This document shows, piece after piece, positions 53,033-61,597 of a stretch of DNA of 64,000 bases; position 1 is the first letter of the stretch, and each line of letters begins with the position of its first letter. The stretch is from the NCBI RefSeq assembly GCF_016124325.1, contig NZ_WGNY01000026.1, positions 4,204-68,203 on the forward strand. Direction: 5' to 3'. The position numbers and the translations under genes were made by a program. The stretch comes from Phenylobacterium sp. Lineage in GTDB: Bacteria; Pseudomonadota; Alphaproteobacteria; Caulobacterales; Caulobacteraceae. Under the pieces are notes generated by a model. The model was not told the origin of the DNA. It saw only the letters and a program-made list of their open reading frames with translations, and made no database searches.

Positions 53033-54025
53033 TTGCTCGCCATGGTTCTCAAGGCCCCGCGCACGCCGCTCGTCGCCGAGGTGTGTGACGACCCCGAGCC
53101 GGGGCCGGGCGAGGTGCGCCTGAAGGTGCGGGCCTGCGGCGTCTGCCGCACCGACCTACACGTGGCCGACGGCGACCTGCCCCAGGTGCGGGCCAGAATC
53201 GTCCCGGGCCACGAGATCGTCGGCGTCGTCGAGGCGATCGGCCCGGGCGTGAGCGGCGTGGTGATCGGCGAGCGGCGCGGCGCGCCCTGGCTCGGCGGAA
53301 CCTGCGGCGTCTGCCGCTACTGCCTGGAGGGCGAGGAGAACCTCTGCGACAACCCCGCCTTCAACGGCTGGACCCGTGACGGCGGCTATGCCGAGAAGGT
53401 GATCGTCCGGGCCGACTTCAGCTTTCCGTTGCCCGAGGGCCTGTCCGATCTGGAGGCGGCGCCGCTGCTGTGCGCCGGCCTGATCGGCTACCGCTCGTGG
53501 CGCAAGGCGTGCGAGGGCCGGCCCGTTCGGCGGCTGGGCCTCTACGGCTTCGGGGCCGCCGCCCACCTGCTGGCCCAGCTCGCCATCCACGAGGGTCAGG
53601 AGGTGCTGGCCTTCACCCGGGATGGCGACGCGCCGGCCCAGGCGCTGGCGCGCGAACTGGGCTGCGCCTGGGCCGGAGGCTCGTCGGAGACGCCGCCGGA
53701 CCTGTTGGACGCCGCCATCATCTTCGCGCCGGTCGGCGCGCTCGTCCCCGCGGCGCTGAAGGCGGTGCGCAAGGGCGGGATCGTGGTCTGCGGCGGCATC
53801 CACATGAGCGACATCCCCGCCTTCCCCTACGACCTGCTGTGGGGCGAGCGCCGCCTCGTCTCGGTGGCGAACCTGACGCGCGGGGACGGGCTGGAGTACC
53901 TGCCGCTCGCCGCCAGGGCCGGCGTGCGGCCGCGCGTCGCCGCCTATCCGCTCGCCCAGGCCAACAGGGCGCTGGACGACCTGCGCGAAGGCCGCTTCGC
54001 CGGCGCGGCCGTGCTGACGCCCTGA
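53033..54025 (+). CDS. zinc-dependent alcohol dehydrogenase family protein
   Basis: TTG at 53033 with GGAG 8 nt upstream (ATG at 53042 is in frame). CGVCRTDLH, GHEIVG and the structural-Zn cysteines CGVCRYCLEGEENLC. Confidence 0.85.
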   Translation: MLAMVLKAPRTPLVAEVCDDPEPGPGEVRLKVRACGVCRTDLHVADGDLPQVRARIVPGHEIVGVVEAIGPGVSGVVIGERRGAPWLGGTCGVCRYCLEGEENLCDNPAFNGWTRDGGYAEKVIVRADFSFPLPEGLSDLEAAPLLCAGLIGYRSWRKACEGRPVRRLGLYGFGAAAHLLAQLAIHEGQEVLAFTRDGDAPAQALARELGCAWAGGSSETPPDLLDAAIIFAPVGALVPAALKAVRKGGIVVCGGIHMSDIPAFPYDLLWGERRLVSVANLTRGDGLEYLPLAARAGVRPRVAAYPLAQANRALDDLREGRFAGAAVLTP

Positions 54026-54032
54026 GGCGCGA

Positions 54033-54293
54033 TCAGCCGTCGCTCAGCAGCGGGGCGCGCAGTCCACCATGGGAGAGCATGAGCCCGGCGGCCCGCCCAT
54101 AGATGTCCCAGGTGTCGGCGGCGAGCTTGGTGTTCGCCTCCATCACCGAAGCCGGCGTCGGGGAAGCGCTCACGGCCGACAGATAGTCGGTCCAGGCGCC
54201 GCAGGCGCACTCCCAGATGCAGAGCGCTTCGCGGGCCTGCATCTCCATCAGGTTGTGCGCCGGAGCGGGCGGTTGCTCTGAGACTGCGTTCAT
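54033..54293 (-). CDS. small Cys-containing hypothetical protein (86 aa)
   Basis: ATG at 54293 with a strong AGGAGGAGG RBS. Contains the CIWECACGAW motif. GC3-rich codons. Confidence 0.5.
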   Translation of the reverse strand: MNAVSEQPPAPAHNLMEMQAREALCIWECACGAWTDYLSAVSASPTPASVMEANTKLAADTWDIYGRAAGLMLSHGGLRAPLLSDG

Positions 54294-54330
54294 GGCGATC
54301 CTCCTCCTGCCAATGCCGGCCCTTTCGCGG

Positions 54331-54942
54331 TCAACGGGCGCGCGCCGCGACAGGTTGCGACACAAGACGGGTCGCGGCGTCGCGGACCCGGGATACGACG
54401 TCCTCGTAGGCCTCGCGGCCGATATCCGAGACCATGCCGCCGAAATGGACGTGGTCGGCCACCTCCAGCCCGCACACCCCCGCGAGGTGCGCGTCGAACA
54501 GGCGCGAAAGCGTCTCCAGGGCCCCGGTCTCCTTCACCCAGAAGTCGGGCGCGCCCGACGTGGTGAAGCTGATCAGGCGCCGGCCACGCAGCGCCGGTTC
54601 GGTGCCGCCGAAGCCGGGCTTGAAGCCGAACCCCATGCTGAACACCCGATCGACGTAGCCCTTCAGGATCGCCGGCGGCGCGTTGAACCAGAGCGGATAG
54701 ACGAAGGCGAAGACGTCGACGTCGGCCAGCAGGGCCCGCTCGTCGACGACGTCGGCGCCGAAGTGCGGCTCGCCAGGCCCGGGTATCTCCTCGGCCTTGA
54801 GGCAGGGGTCGAAGCCCATCGCGTAGAGGTCGCGGAGGATCACCTCGTCACCGCCCTGGCGCACCGCCGCGGCATAGGCCTTGGCGACGGCCGCGTTCAG
54901 GCTGTCGGAAGCCGGATGCGCCAGGATGACCGCGTGCTTCAT
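54331..54942 (-). CDS. NAD(P)H dehydrogenase (quinone)-like flavodoxin-fold oxidoreductase
   Basis: 203 aa from ATG 54942. Blocks MKHAVILAHP...S.N and VFVYPLWFNAPPAILKGYVDRV, typical of Flavodoxin_2/NQO-like proteins. Confidence 0.8.
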   Translation of the reverse strand: MKHAVILAHPASDSLNAAVAKAYAAAVRQGGDEVILRDLYAMGFDPCLKAEEIPGPGEPHFGADVVDERALLADVDVFAFVYPLWFNAPPAILKGYVDRVFSMGFGFKPGFGGTEPALRGRRLISFTTSGAPDFWVKETGALETLSRLFDAHLAGVCGLEVADHVHFGGMVSDIGREAYEDVVSRVRDAATRLVSQPVAARAR

Positions 54943-54959
54943 CGGGACCCTCGGGAGGT

Positions 54960-55727
54960 TCAGCGCGCCGTATAGCCGCCGTCGACCACCAGCTCGGCGC
55001 CGGTGACGAACTTGGCCTCGTCGGAAGCAAGATACACGCACGCCCAGGCGATGTCGTCGGGTTCGCCGAGGTGGCCGAGCGGATGCAGCGTGGCGATCTG
55101 TTCCCGGGCGACCTCGGGGTCATCCTGCCCGCCCAGGAAGCCTTCCACCATCGGCGTCCAGATGTACCCCGGATGGATCGAGTTCACGCGAATCCTGTCG
55201 GGCGCGTAGATCAGGGCGTCGGTCTTGCTCATCAGGCGAACCGCGCCCTTGGACGCGTGATAGGGCGGCACATCTGGCCCGCCGACCAGGCCGTAGATCG
55301 ACGACAGGTTGATGATGCTCCCGCCGCCGGCCCGCCGCATGTGGCCGACCGCGTGCTTCACGCCGAAGAAGACGCCCTTGACGTTGACCGCCTGGACCCA
55401 GTCCCACTCCGCCTCGGTGAGCTGGTCTGTCGGCTTGTTGGCGCCCGCCACGCCGGCGTTGTTGACCAGGATGTCGAGCTGGCCGAAGTGCGCGGCGGCC
55501 TCGTCCAGCACGCGGGCCACGTCGGCCTCACGGGTGACGTCCAGAGCCCAGAACCGGGCCTTGAAACCGCGGCCGCTCAGCTCGGCGGCGAGCGCAGTCC
55601 CCTCCTCCACCTTGGTGTCGAACAGGGCGACGGCGGCGCCTTCCCCGGCCATCCGGATCGCCGTGGCCCGGCCGATCCCGAGCGCGGCGCCGGTGATGGC
55701 GGCGACCTTTCCGCGAAGACGGTCCAT
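54960..55727 (-). CDS. SDR family oxidoreductase
   Basis: 255 aa with TGAALGIGRA (cofactor binding), NNAG and YHASKGAV (YxxxK). Confidence 0.9.
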   Translation of the reverse strand: MDRLRGKVAAITGAALGIGRATAIRMAGEGAAVALFDTKVEEGTALAAELSGRGFKARFWALDVTREADVARVLDEAAAHFGQLDILVNNAGVAGANKPTDQLTEAEWDWVQAVNVKGVFFGVKHAVGHMRRAGGGSIINLSSIYGLVGGPDVPPYHASKGAVRLMSKTDALIYAPDRIRVNSIHPGYIWTPMVEGFLGGQDDPEVAREQIATLHPLGHLGEPDDIAWACVYLASDEAKFVTGAELVVDGGYTAR

Positions 55728-55782
55728 GAGCAGGCTCCTGGCGGTTCGGAAGCAATCCTGCGCCCGACGCCGCCGAAGCGAC

Positions 55783-55796
55783 TTGCGGTTGATCAA
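55783..55796. promoter_or_regulatory. FixK/FNR-type box TTGCGGTTGATCAA
   Basis: Matches TTG(A/C)-N6-(T/G)CAA. Lies 56-69 nt upstream of the SDR ATG (55727) and overlaps the HdeD stop codon. Confidence 0.4.
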
Positions 55797-56368
55797 TCCG
55801 CCAGCGGATTTTCCGAGCGCCGTGTGAACCCCAGGGCCACGAGCGCCGCGCCGGTGGTGGCCAGGGCGGCGCAGAGCAGCAGGGACACCGCCTCGGACGT
55901 CCGCTCGGGCAGGCCGGCGGCGAGCAGGCCGGCCGCCGCCAGGCTGGTGAGGGCCGAAGCCAGCATCCAGCGCCAGACCGCCAGGGGCCGCAGGTGCAGG
56001 GCCGCGGCGAGCTGGAAGGCCCCGTCCACCACGAACGCGGCGGCCAGCAGCAGGGCCGCGGCGAGCGCGCCCGCCGTCGGATGGAAGGTCAGCCACGCGC
56101 CGAGCCCCGCCGCGGCGAGCGCCGCCGCCGCTCCGGCCGCCCGGAGCGGGCCGGTGAACATCAGGAGCGCGAACCCCAGCATCAGCGCGCCCGCCAGCCA
56201 GAGCGCCCAGCCGCTGGCCGCGCCGATCAGCATCGACGCCTTGCCCGGAGAGAACGCCACCGCGAGCGCCAGGCCCAGAAGCGCCAGCCCCACGATCCCC
56301 GCGGGCCGCCTGCGCGAAGCATGCAGGTTGGCGGGTCGTGGCGCCGCCGCTGCGCTGACCGCGCTCAC
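55793..56368 (-). CDS. HdeD/DUF308 family membrane protein
   Basis: About 191 aa from GTG 56368, which overlaps the AI-2E stop (GTGA). Six Gly/Ala-rich helices typical of DUF308 repeats. Confidence 0.65.
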   Translation of the reverse strand: MSAVSAAAAPRPANLHASRRRPAGIVGLALLGLALAVAFSPGKASMLIGAASGWALWLAGALMLGFALLMFTGPLRAAGAAAALAAAGLGAWLTFHPTAGALAAALLLAAAFVVDGAFQLAAALHLRPLAVWRWMLASALTSLAAAGLLAAGLPERTSEAVSLLLCAALATTGAALVALGFTRRSENPLAD

Positions 56369-57423
56369 GGCGCAGGCTCCTGCGTATCGCCCAGCACGTC
56401 CTCGACATACAGCATCCGGACGACGACGTAGGCCACCACGGCCAGCGGCGTGGCGAAGAGCACGCCGAGAGGCCCGAGAAGCACGCCCATGGCCAGCACG
56501 GCGAACAGGGTCACGGCCATCGGCAGCTCGACCATCTGGCGCAGCACCAGCGGGGTGACGACGTTGGCCTCGAACTGGGAAGCCCCGAGGTAGACGACGC
56601 CCGTCCAGGCCAGGGTCTGGAAATCCTGTCCGGCGGCGACGATGAGGCCCGGCACGGTCGCGGCCATCGGGCCGACCACGGGCACGAACTGGCCGAGCCC
56701 CGCCACCACGCCGAGGGCGAAGGGCGATGGAACGCCCGCCAGCCACAGCCCGAGGCCCACCGTGACGCCGACTAGGACCATCGAGATGAGCTGGCCGACC
56801 AGCCAGCGGTTCAGCGCCTTGCCGCAGGCGTCGAAGACCTGGGCCATGCGCGGTCGCCGCCCCACCGGGACCAGCCGGAGCAGGCCGCCGACATAGGTCT
56901 GCGGGTGGAAGGCCAGATAGAGCCCGGCGAACAGCACGATCACCGCCGCCGTCGCCGCGCTGGCCCACTGGCCGATCAGTTGCGAGCCCAGGGTGACGAT
57001 CATGCCGTCGGGCTGGCGGAGACGCTGAAGGTCGTCGAGCACGTAGGCGCCGACGCGCGAGGCCGAAAGCCGCTCCTGCAGGGCCGCCCAGGTGCGTGGC
57101 AGGAGCTCGCCGAGCGCCGCCATCTGCTGGCCGATCTGCTGGCCGAACAGCCACAGCGTTCCGGCGATCGCGACGCCCATGACCACGACCGCCACCGCGA
57201 GCGCCGGCTGCCGGCCCATGCGGGCGCGCTGGACGAGCGGTTCGGCCAGGGCGTGCAGCAGGATGGCCACGAGCACCGCGCCAAACGCCAGCAGGATGAC
57301 GTCGGCGAGACGCCAGATCAGGAAGCCCAGGGTCGCGGCCACGATCAGGGCCATGGCCGCGGGCAGGCGCGCCCGCCGCGCCTGCGGCGGTCCCGGCGTC
57401 AGTGGGACATCAGGACGGGGCAA
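56365..57423 (-). CDS. AI-2E family transporter (PerM/YhhT-like)
   Basis: 352 aa (TTG at 57423; alternative ATG at 57354). Polytopic, with family-like blocks (FVPVVGP, GVLLGPLGVLFATPLAVV). Confidence 0.8.
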   Translation of the reverse strand: MPRPDVPLTPGPPQARRARLPAAMALIVAATLGFLIWRLADVILLAFGAVLVAILLHALAEPLVQRARMGRQPALAVAVVVMGVAIAGTLWLFGQQIGQQMAALGELLPRTWAALQERLSASRVGAYVLDDLQRLRQPDGMIVTLGSQLIGQWASAATAAVIVLFAGLYLAFHPQTYVGGLLRLVPVGRRPRMAQVFDACGKALNRWLVGQLISMVLVGVTVGLGLWLAGVPSPFALGVVAGLGQFVPVVGPMAATVPGLIVAAGQDFQTLAWTGVVYLGASQFEANVVTPLVLRQMVELPMAVTLFAVLAMGVLLGPLGVLFATPLAVVAYVVVRMLYVEDVLGDTQEPAP

Positions 57424-58247
57424 GGCGGAGCCTCCAGGACCCCGGCGGTCGCGCCGCCGAGAACGAACTCCCGCAGGCGCGCGTGGCCGAAGCCGCCCAT
57501 GACCAGGAGCCCGACACCGGCCTCCACGACGTAGTTGCGGATCGTGCGCGAGATCGGCCGGCCGTCGGCCGAGCGCGCGTCGACCGTCGCGCTGACGCCG
57601 TGCGCGGCGAGGTGGCGGAGCAGATCGTCGGCGACGGCCGGTCCCACCTCCGGCTTCTCGTCGGTCACGACCAGGATGCGGACGCTCCCGGCGCGGACCA
57701 GCAGCGGCAGGGCGTCGGCCACGGCGCGCGCGGCGCGCGCCCCGCCGTCCCAGGCGATCGCGATGACGTCGAAACCGTCACCCGGCGTGATCTCCACCTC
57801 CTCCGGATAGACCATCACCGGACGGCCCGAGCCGAACAGCACGGCCTCAGCCAGCTCGCGATCGTCGAGCACGGCCGGCCCCAGCGGGAGGAGACAGAGG
57901 TCGCGCGTATGGGCCGCGGCGCACAGCGCCGAGCCTTCCTCGTACATGCGCGCCGTGAGCGTGCGGACCTCGATCGGAACGCCGGCCTCGTCGGCGGCGA
58001 CGCGCGCGCACCCCTCGATGTGCCGCGCCGCGGCGACGCTGCGCCCTTCCTCTTCCTCCACCAGGCGCTCGATGTGGATCAAGGCGTCGGCGAGGCGGCT
58101 GCGCAGCGAGGGTATGTCGACGCGAACCGGCGCCATACAGACGCCGCCGCCCAACCGGCGCGCCAAGGCGACGCCGCTCCGCACCGCCTTGTCCGGCGTG
58201 GCGTCGGGGTAGGTGAGCGCCCCCAGCAGCAAGTCGCGATAGGTCAT
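57399..58247 (-). CDS. tandem-domain universal stress protein
   Basis: 282 aa from ATG 58247. Two USP halves. C-terminal VMGGFGHARLREFVLGGATAGVLEAPPCPVLMSH. Confidence 0.8.
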   Translation of the reverse strand: MTYRDLLLGALTYPDATPDKAVRSGVALARRLGGGVCMAPVRVDIPSLRSRLADALIHIERLVEEEEGRSVAAARHIEGCARVAADEAGVPIEVRTLTARMYEEGSALCAAAHTRDLCLLPLGPAVLDDRELAEAVLFGSGRPVMVYPEEVEITPGDGFDVIAIAWDGGARAARAVADALPLLVRAGSVRILVVTDEKPEVGPAVADDLLRHLAAHGVSATVDARSADGRPISRTIRNYVVEAGVGLLVMGGFGHARLREFVLGGATAGVLEAPPCPVLMSH

Positions 58248-58285
58248 GCGCCGCTTATGTCCGGGCTCGCCGACACGCTCAACCG

Positions 58286-59161
58286 TCAATGGCTCAGCAG
58301 CACGCAGCAGGGCGGGCGATGAATGAGCTCGTCCGTCACCCCGCCGAACGCCCACTCGGCGACACGGTTGTGGCCGTAGGCGCCGCAGGCGATCAGGTCC
58401 GCGCCGTTGGCGCCGGCGATCTTGGCCAGCTCCTGGGCGACGCCTTCCGGCGCGCTCGTCGAGACGTGAGCTCGCGCCGCGACGCCGTGGCGCTGCAGGC
58501 TGGCGGCGACGTCCTCGGCCTGGAAGCGGGCTTCCTCGATGGCGTCGTCGTCGCAGACCGCGGCGACGATCACGTCCTTGGCGCGCGCCAGGAACGGCAT
58601 GGCGTCGGCCACGGCCCGCCGGGCTTCACGCGTGTCCTTCCAGGCGACGACCACCGCGCGGCCCTTCGGGGCGGCGCCGCCTTCGGGCACGATGAGCACC
58701 GGGCGGCCGGCGTGCATGACGAGCTCCGCCGGATCCGCGCAGAGCGACGGGCCCAGCCGGCTGCGCGGGCTGGCGACGATGAGATCGGCCGCGCGCGCGA
58801 CGCTCGCCATGGCCCGGGCCGGAAAGGCCTGCACCGAACGCCACTCGACGTCGGCGCCGGCGGCGTCGCGCCGGAAGGCGGCCTCGGCCGCCTTGAGGTC
58901 GGCGTTGATCTGCTCCTGAACGAGCGAGACCCACTCGCCGGCCGCGTAGCCAAAGAACGGATCGACCGTCGGCGTCGGATCGAAGGTCTCGGCGCCCAGG
59001 CCGATCAGCCGCGCGCCAAGGTCACGTGCCAGCACGGCGGCGGCGTGGACGCGGGTCGTCGCGCGGGCGGCGGGCTCGGCATGGACCAGCAGACTGGCGA
59101 TGGCGGGGCCGGACGCGGCGGCCTTGGTCTGGAGCGCAACCTGATCTTTCGTCGAGGTCAT
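58286..59161 (-). CDS. tandem-domain universal stress protein (paralog)
   Basis: 291 aa from ATG 59161 with an AAGGAGG RBS. C-terminal ACGAYGHNRVAEWAFGGVTDELIHRPPCCVLLSH. Confidence 0.8.
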   Translation of the reverse strand: MTSTKDQVALQTKAAASGPAIASLLVHAEPAARATTRVHAAAVLARDLGARLIGLGAETFDPTPTVDPFFGYAAGEWVSLVQEQINADLKAAEAAFRRDAAGADVEWRSVQAFPARAMASVARAADLIVASPRSRLGPSLCADPAELVMHAGRPVLIVPEGGAAPKGRAVVVAWKDTREARRAVADAMPFLARAKDVIVAAVCDDDAIEEARFQAEDVAASLQRHGVAARAHVSTSAPEGVAQELAKIAGANGADLIACGAYGHNRVAEWAFGGVTDELIHRPPCCVLLSH

Positions 59162-59386
59162 CTCAGCCTCCTTGCGACATGTCGGATATTGTAAGCGCAA
59201 TGTGGGCGGCCGGCGCGCGTTCGCAGCCGGAAACCTGAGCAGAGGGGTACGCTCGACCGCGGCGACCGGGAACTTGGGGCGGCGCCCTAAGTAGCTATAC
59301 GGAGGTTTTGCAGCCGGCGCGTTTCTGGTCTGGATCGCGGTCTGCGGGGCCCCGCACGCATGGCGCCTCGGCATAGGAGAATCGGC

Positions 59387-59836
59387 ATGGAACTGACGGG
59401 AACCACCTGGATCGTGGCGGCGGACGGCGCCGAGGCGCGGTTCTTCGCCGAGCCCATGCGCGCCGGCCCGGTCCACGAGCTGACCGACTCCCGCATGCGG
59501 GCCGGGCATGAAGACCACGCCCCATCCCACCAGCACGGCACGGTCCACGAGCGCGGAGGCGTCGGACGGCACGGCGCCGGCGACGAGACCTCGCCCAAGC
59601 AGGAGACCGAGGACCGGTTCCTCAGGCGGGTGGCCGATCGCCTGGCCAAGGCGGCCCAGCATGGCGACTACGAACGCCTGGTGGTGATGGCGCCGCCGCA
59701 CGCCCTCGGCGTCCTGCGCCAGGCCCTGCCCCCGGCCGTCGCCGCGAAACTCGAGGGATCCGATCCGCACGAGCGGGTGAAGGAGACCGCCGACGACATC
59801 CGCCGCCACCTGCACGACGTCCGCGCGCGAGCCTGA
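59387..59836 (+). CDS. host-attachment family protein (Host_attach / COG5622-like)
   Basis: ATG at 59387 with an AGGAGA RBS. 149 aa. TWIVAADGAEARFF near the N-terminus, a central His/Gly-rich loop and LVVMAPPHALGVLRQAL match my recollection of this family. Confidence 0.7.
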   Translation: MELTGTTWIVAADGAEARFFAEPMRAGPVHELTDSRMRAGHEDHAPSHQHGTVHERGGVGRHGAGDETSPKQETEDRFLRRVADRLAKAAQHGDYERLVVMAPPHALGVLRQALPPAVAAKLEGSDPHERVKETADDIRRHLHDVRARA

Positions 59837-59840
59837 CGGG

Positions 59841-61418
59841 GTGACATTCGACCTGACGTTCCACGGCGCGGCCGGCTGCGTAACGGGATCATGCGCCCAG
59901 CTGCGGACCGACCGGGGCAACGTGCTCGTGGACTGCGGCATGTTCCAGGGCTCCAAGACCCTGAAGGCCCTCAACTACGAGCGGTTCCCCTTCGATCCGG
60001 TCGAAATAGACGCCGTCCTTCTGACCCACGCCCACATCGACCATTCCGGGCTGCTGCCCAAGCTGATGCGCGCGGGATTCAAGGGGCCGATCCACGCCAC
60101 CGCCGGCACGGCCGACCTCTGCGCCGTCATGCTGCCCGACGCGGGCGACATCCAGGAAAGCGAGGTCCGCCAGCTCAACCGCCGCAACGAGCGCCGCGGC
60201 CGCCCGCCGGTGGAGCCGATCTACACCGCGCGCGACGCCGAGCGCACGATCGAGCTCTTCAAGACCGCCAAGCTGGGCCGGGAAGTCCGCGTGGCGCCGG
60301 GCGTCACGGCGGTCTACTGGGAGGCTGGCCACATCCTCGGATCGGCCTCGATCGAGGTGCGCGTCGAGGCCGGAGATAAGCCGGTGAGCCTGCTGTTCTC
60401 GGGCGACCTCGGCCCGGGGGGACGCGAGTTCCAGCCCGATCCCGAGGGGCCGTCGGGCGTCGACCACCTGATCATGGAGTCGACCTACGGCGCCCGCGCG
60501 CGGACGCTGATCGACCCGGCGACGCGGCGGCGGATGCTGGCGCAGGAGTTGCGCGACGCCCACCGCGCCGGCGGCCCTCTGCTGATCCCGGCCTTCGCGG
60601 TGGAGCGCTCGCAGGAGCTGCTGGCCGACATCCAGATCCTGATGGACGAGGGCGAGGTCCCGCAGACCGACATCTTCCTCGACTCGCCGCTGGCCATCGA
60701 GGCCACCGAGGTGTTCCGCCGGCGGGGCTGGAGCAAGGCGCGCGGGGCCAATCCGTTCGAGCGGCTGCGCTCGGCCGGCCGCCTCCAGTTCCTGCGCGAG
60801 CCCTGGGAAAGCGACCGCCTGGAGCGGCTCTCGGGCTGGCACATCATCATGGCGGCCAGCGGCATGTGCGACGCGGGCCGGGTGCGGAAGCACCTCAAGC
60901 GGCTGCTCTGGCGGCGCGACGCGACCGTGCTGCTGACCGGCTTCCAGGCCGCCGGCACGCTGGGCCGCCTGCTGTCGGACGGCGCCAGCATGGTGCGAAT
61001 CCAGGGCGACCACATCTCGGTCCGCGCGCGCATCCGCTCGCTCGACGTCTATTCCGCCCACGCCGACGCCGCCGGCCTCGAGGCCTGGGCGAAGGCGCGC
61101 GCGCCTGTGTCGGGCAAGCTGTTCCTGGTGCATGGAGAGCCCGAGGGGCAGGAGGCGATGCGCGCCCGGCTGGCGGGCGACGGCTTCGCCGCCGAGCAGA
61201 TCATCATCCCGTCCCTGGACGACCGCTTCGCGCTCGATCACGACACGGTGGTGGCGCAGGCCGGCGCGAGCCGCCTCAAGCCCGGCGCCGCGGCCCGGAC
61301 CGACTGGCACAACGCCCGCGCCCAACTGCTGCTCGACCTCGAAGCCAGGCTCGACGCCCTGCCGAGCGACGCCGAGCGGGAAGCCCTGCTCGCGCGCCTG
61401 TCGAAGTCGCTGGCCTAG
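59841..61418 (+). CDS. beta-CASP MBL-fold metallo-hydrolase (RNA-metabolising type)
   Basis: The GTG at 59841 lies 4 nt after the preceding stop. Blocks MTFDLTFHGAAGCVTGSC, LLTHAHIDHSG (HxHxDH), a beta-CASP region and YSAHAD near the C-terminal third. 525 aa. Confidence 0.85.
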   Translation: MTFDLTFHGAAGCVTGSCAQLRTDRGNVLVDCGMFQGSKTLKALNYERFPFDPVEIDAVLLTHAHIDHSGLLPKLMRAGFKGPIHATAGTADLCAVMLPDAGDIQESEVRQLNRRNERRGRPPVEPIYTARDAERTIELFKTAKLGREVRVAPGVTAVYWEAGHILGSASIEVRVEAGDKPVSLLFSGDLGPGGREFQPDPEGPSGVDHLIMESTYGARARTLIDPATRRRMLAQELRDAHRAGGPLLIPAFAVERSQELLADIQILMDEGEVPQTDIFLDSPLAIEATEVFRRRGWSKARGANPFERLRSAGRLQFLREPWESDRLERLSGWHIIMAASGMCDAGRVRKHLKRLLWRRDATVLLTGFQAAGTLGRLLSDGASMVRIQGDHISVRARIRSLDVYSAHADAAGLEAWAKARAPVSGKLFLVHGEPEGQEAMRARLAGDGFAAEQIIIPSLDDRFALDHDTVVAQAGASRLKPGAAARTDWHNARAQLLLDLEARLDALPSDAEREALLARLSKSLA

Positions 61419-61454
61419 GTTGAAGACCCGCTCGATAGCTTGAAGACATTTCAG

Positions 61455-61489
61455 GCCGTCATGGCCCGGCTTGCCCGGGCCATGACGGC
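61455..61489 (+). terminator. perfect 15-bp-stem hairpin downstream of the beta-CASP gene
   Basis: GCCGTCATGGCCCGG-CTTGC-CCGGGCCATGACGGC. No U-tract follows. Confidence 0.4.
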
Positions 61490-61549
61490 GAGGGTCGGTC
61501 GATCAAGCCATCAACCCGGACGCTGGCGCCCAGGTCCCGGACATGCGAC

Positions 61550-61575
61550 GGGGCGCGGACCTAAGTCCGCGCCCC
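61550..61575 (-). terminator. perfect 11-bp-stem hairpin downstream of ompW
   Basis: GGGGCGCGGAC-CTAA-GTCCGCGCCCC, 23 nt from the ompW stop. No U-tract follows. Confidence 0.4.
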
Positions 61576-61597
61576 GCGTAACGCCTCCCAGCGCGTT

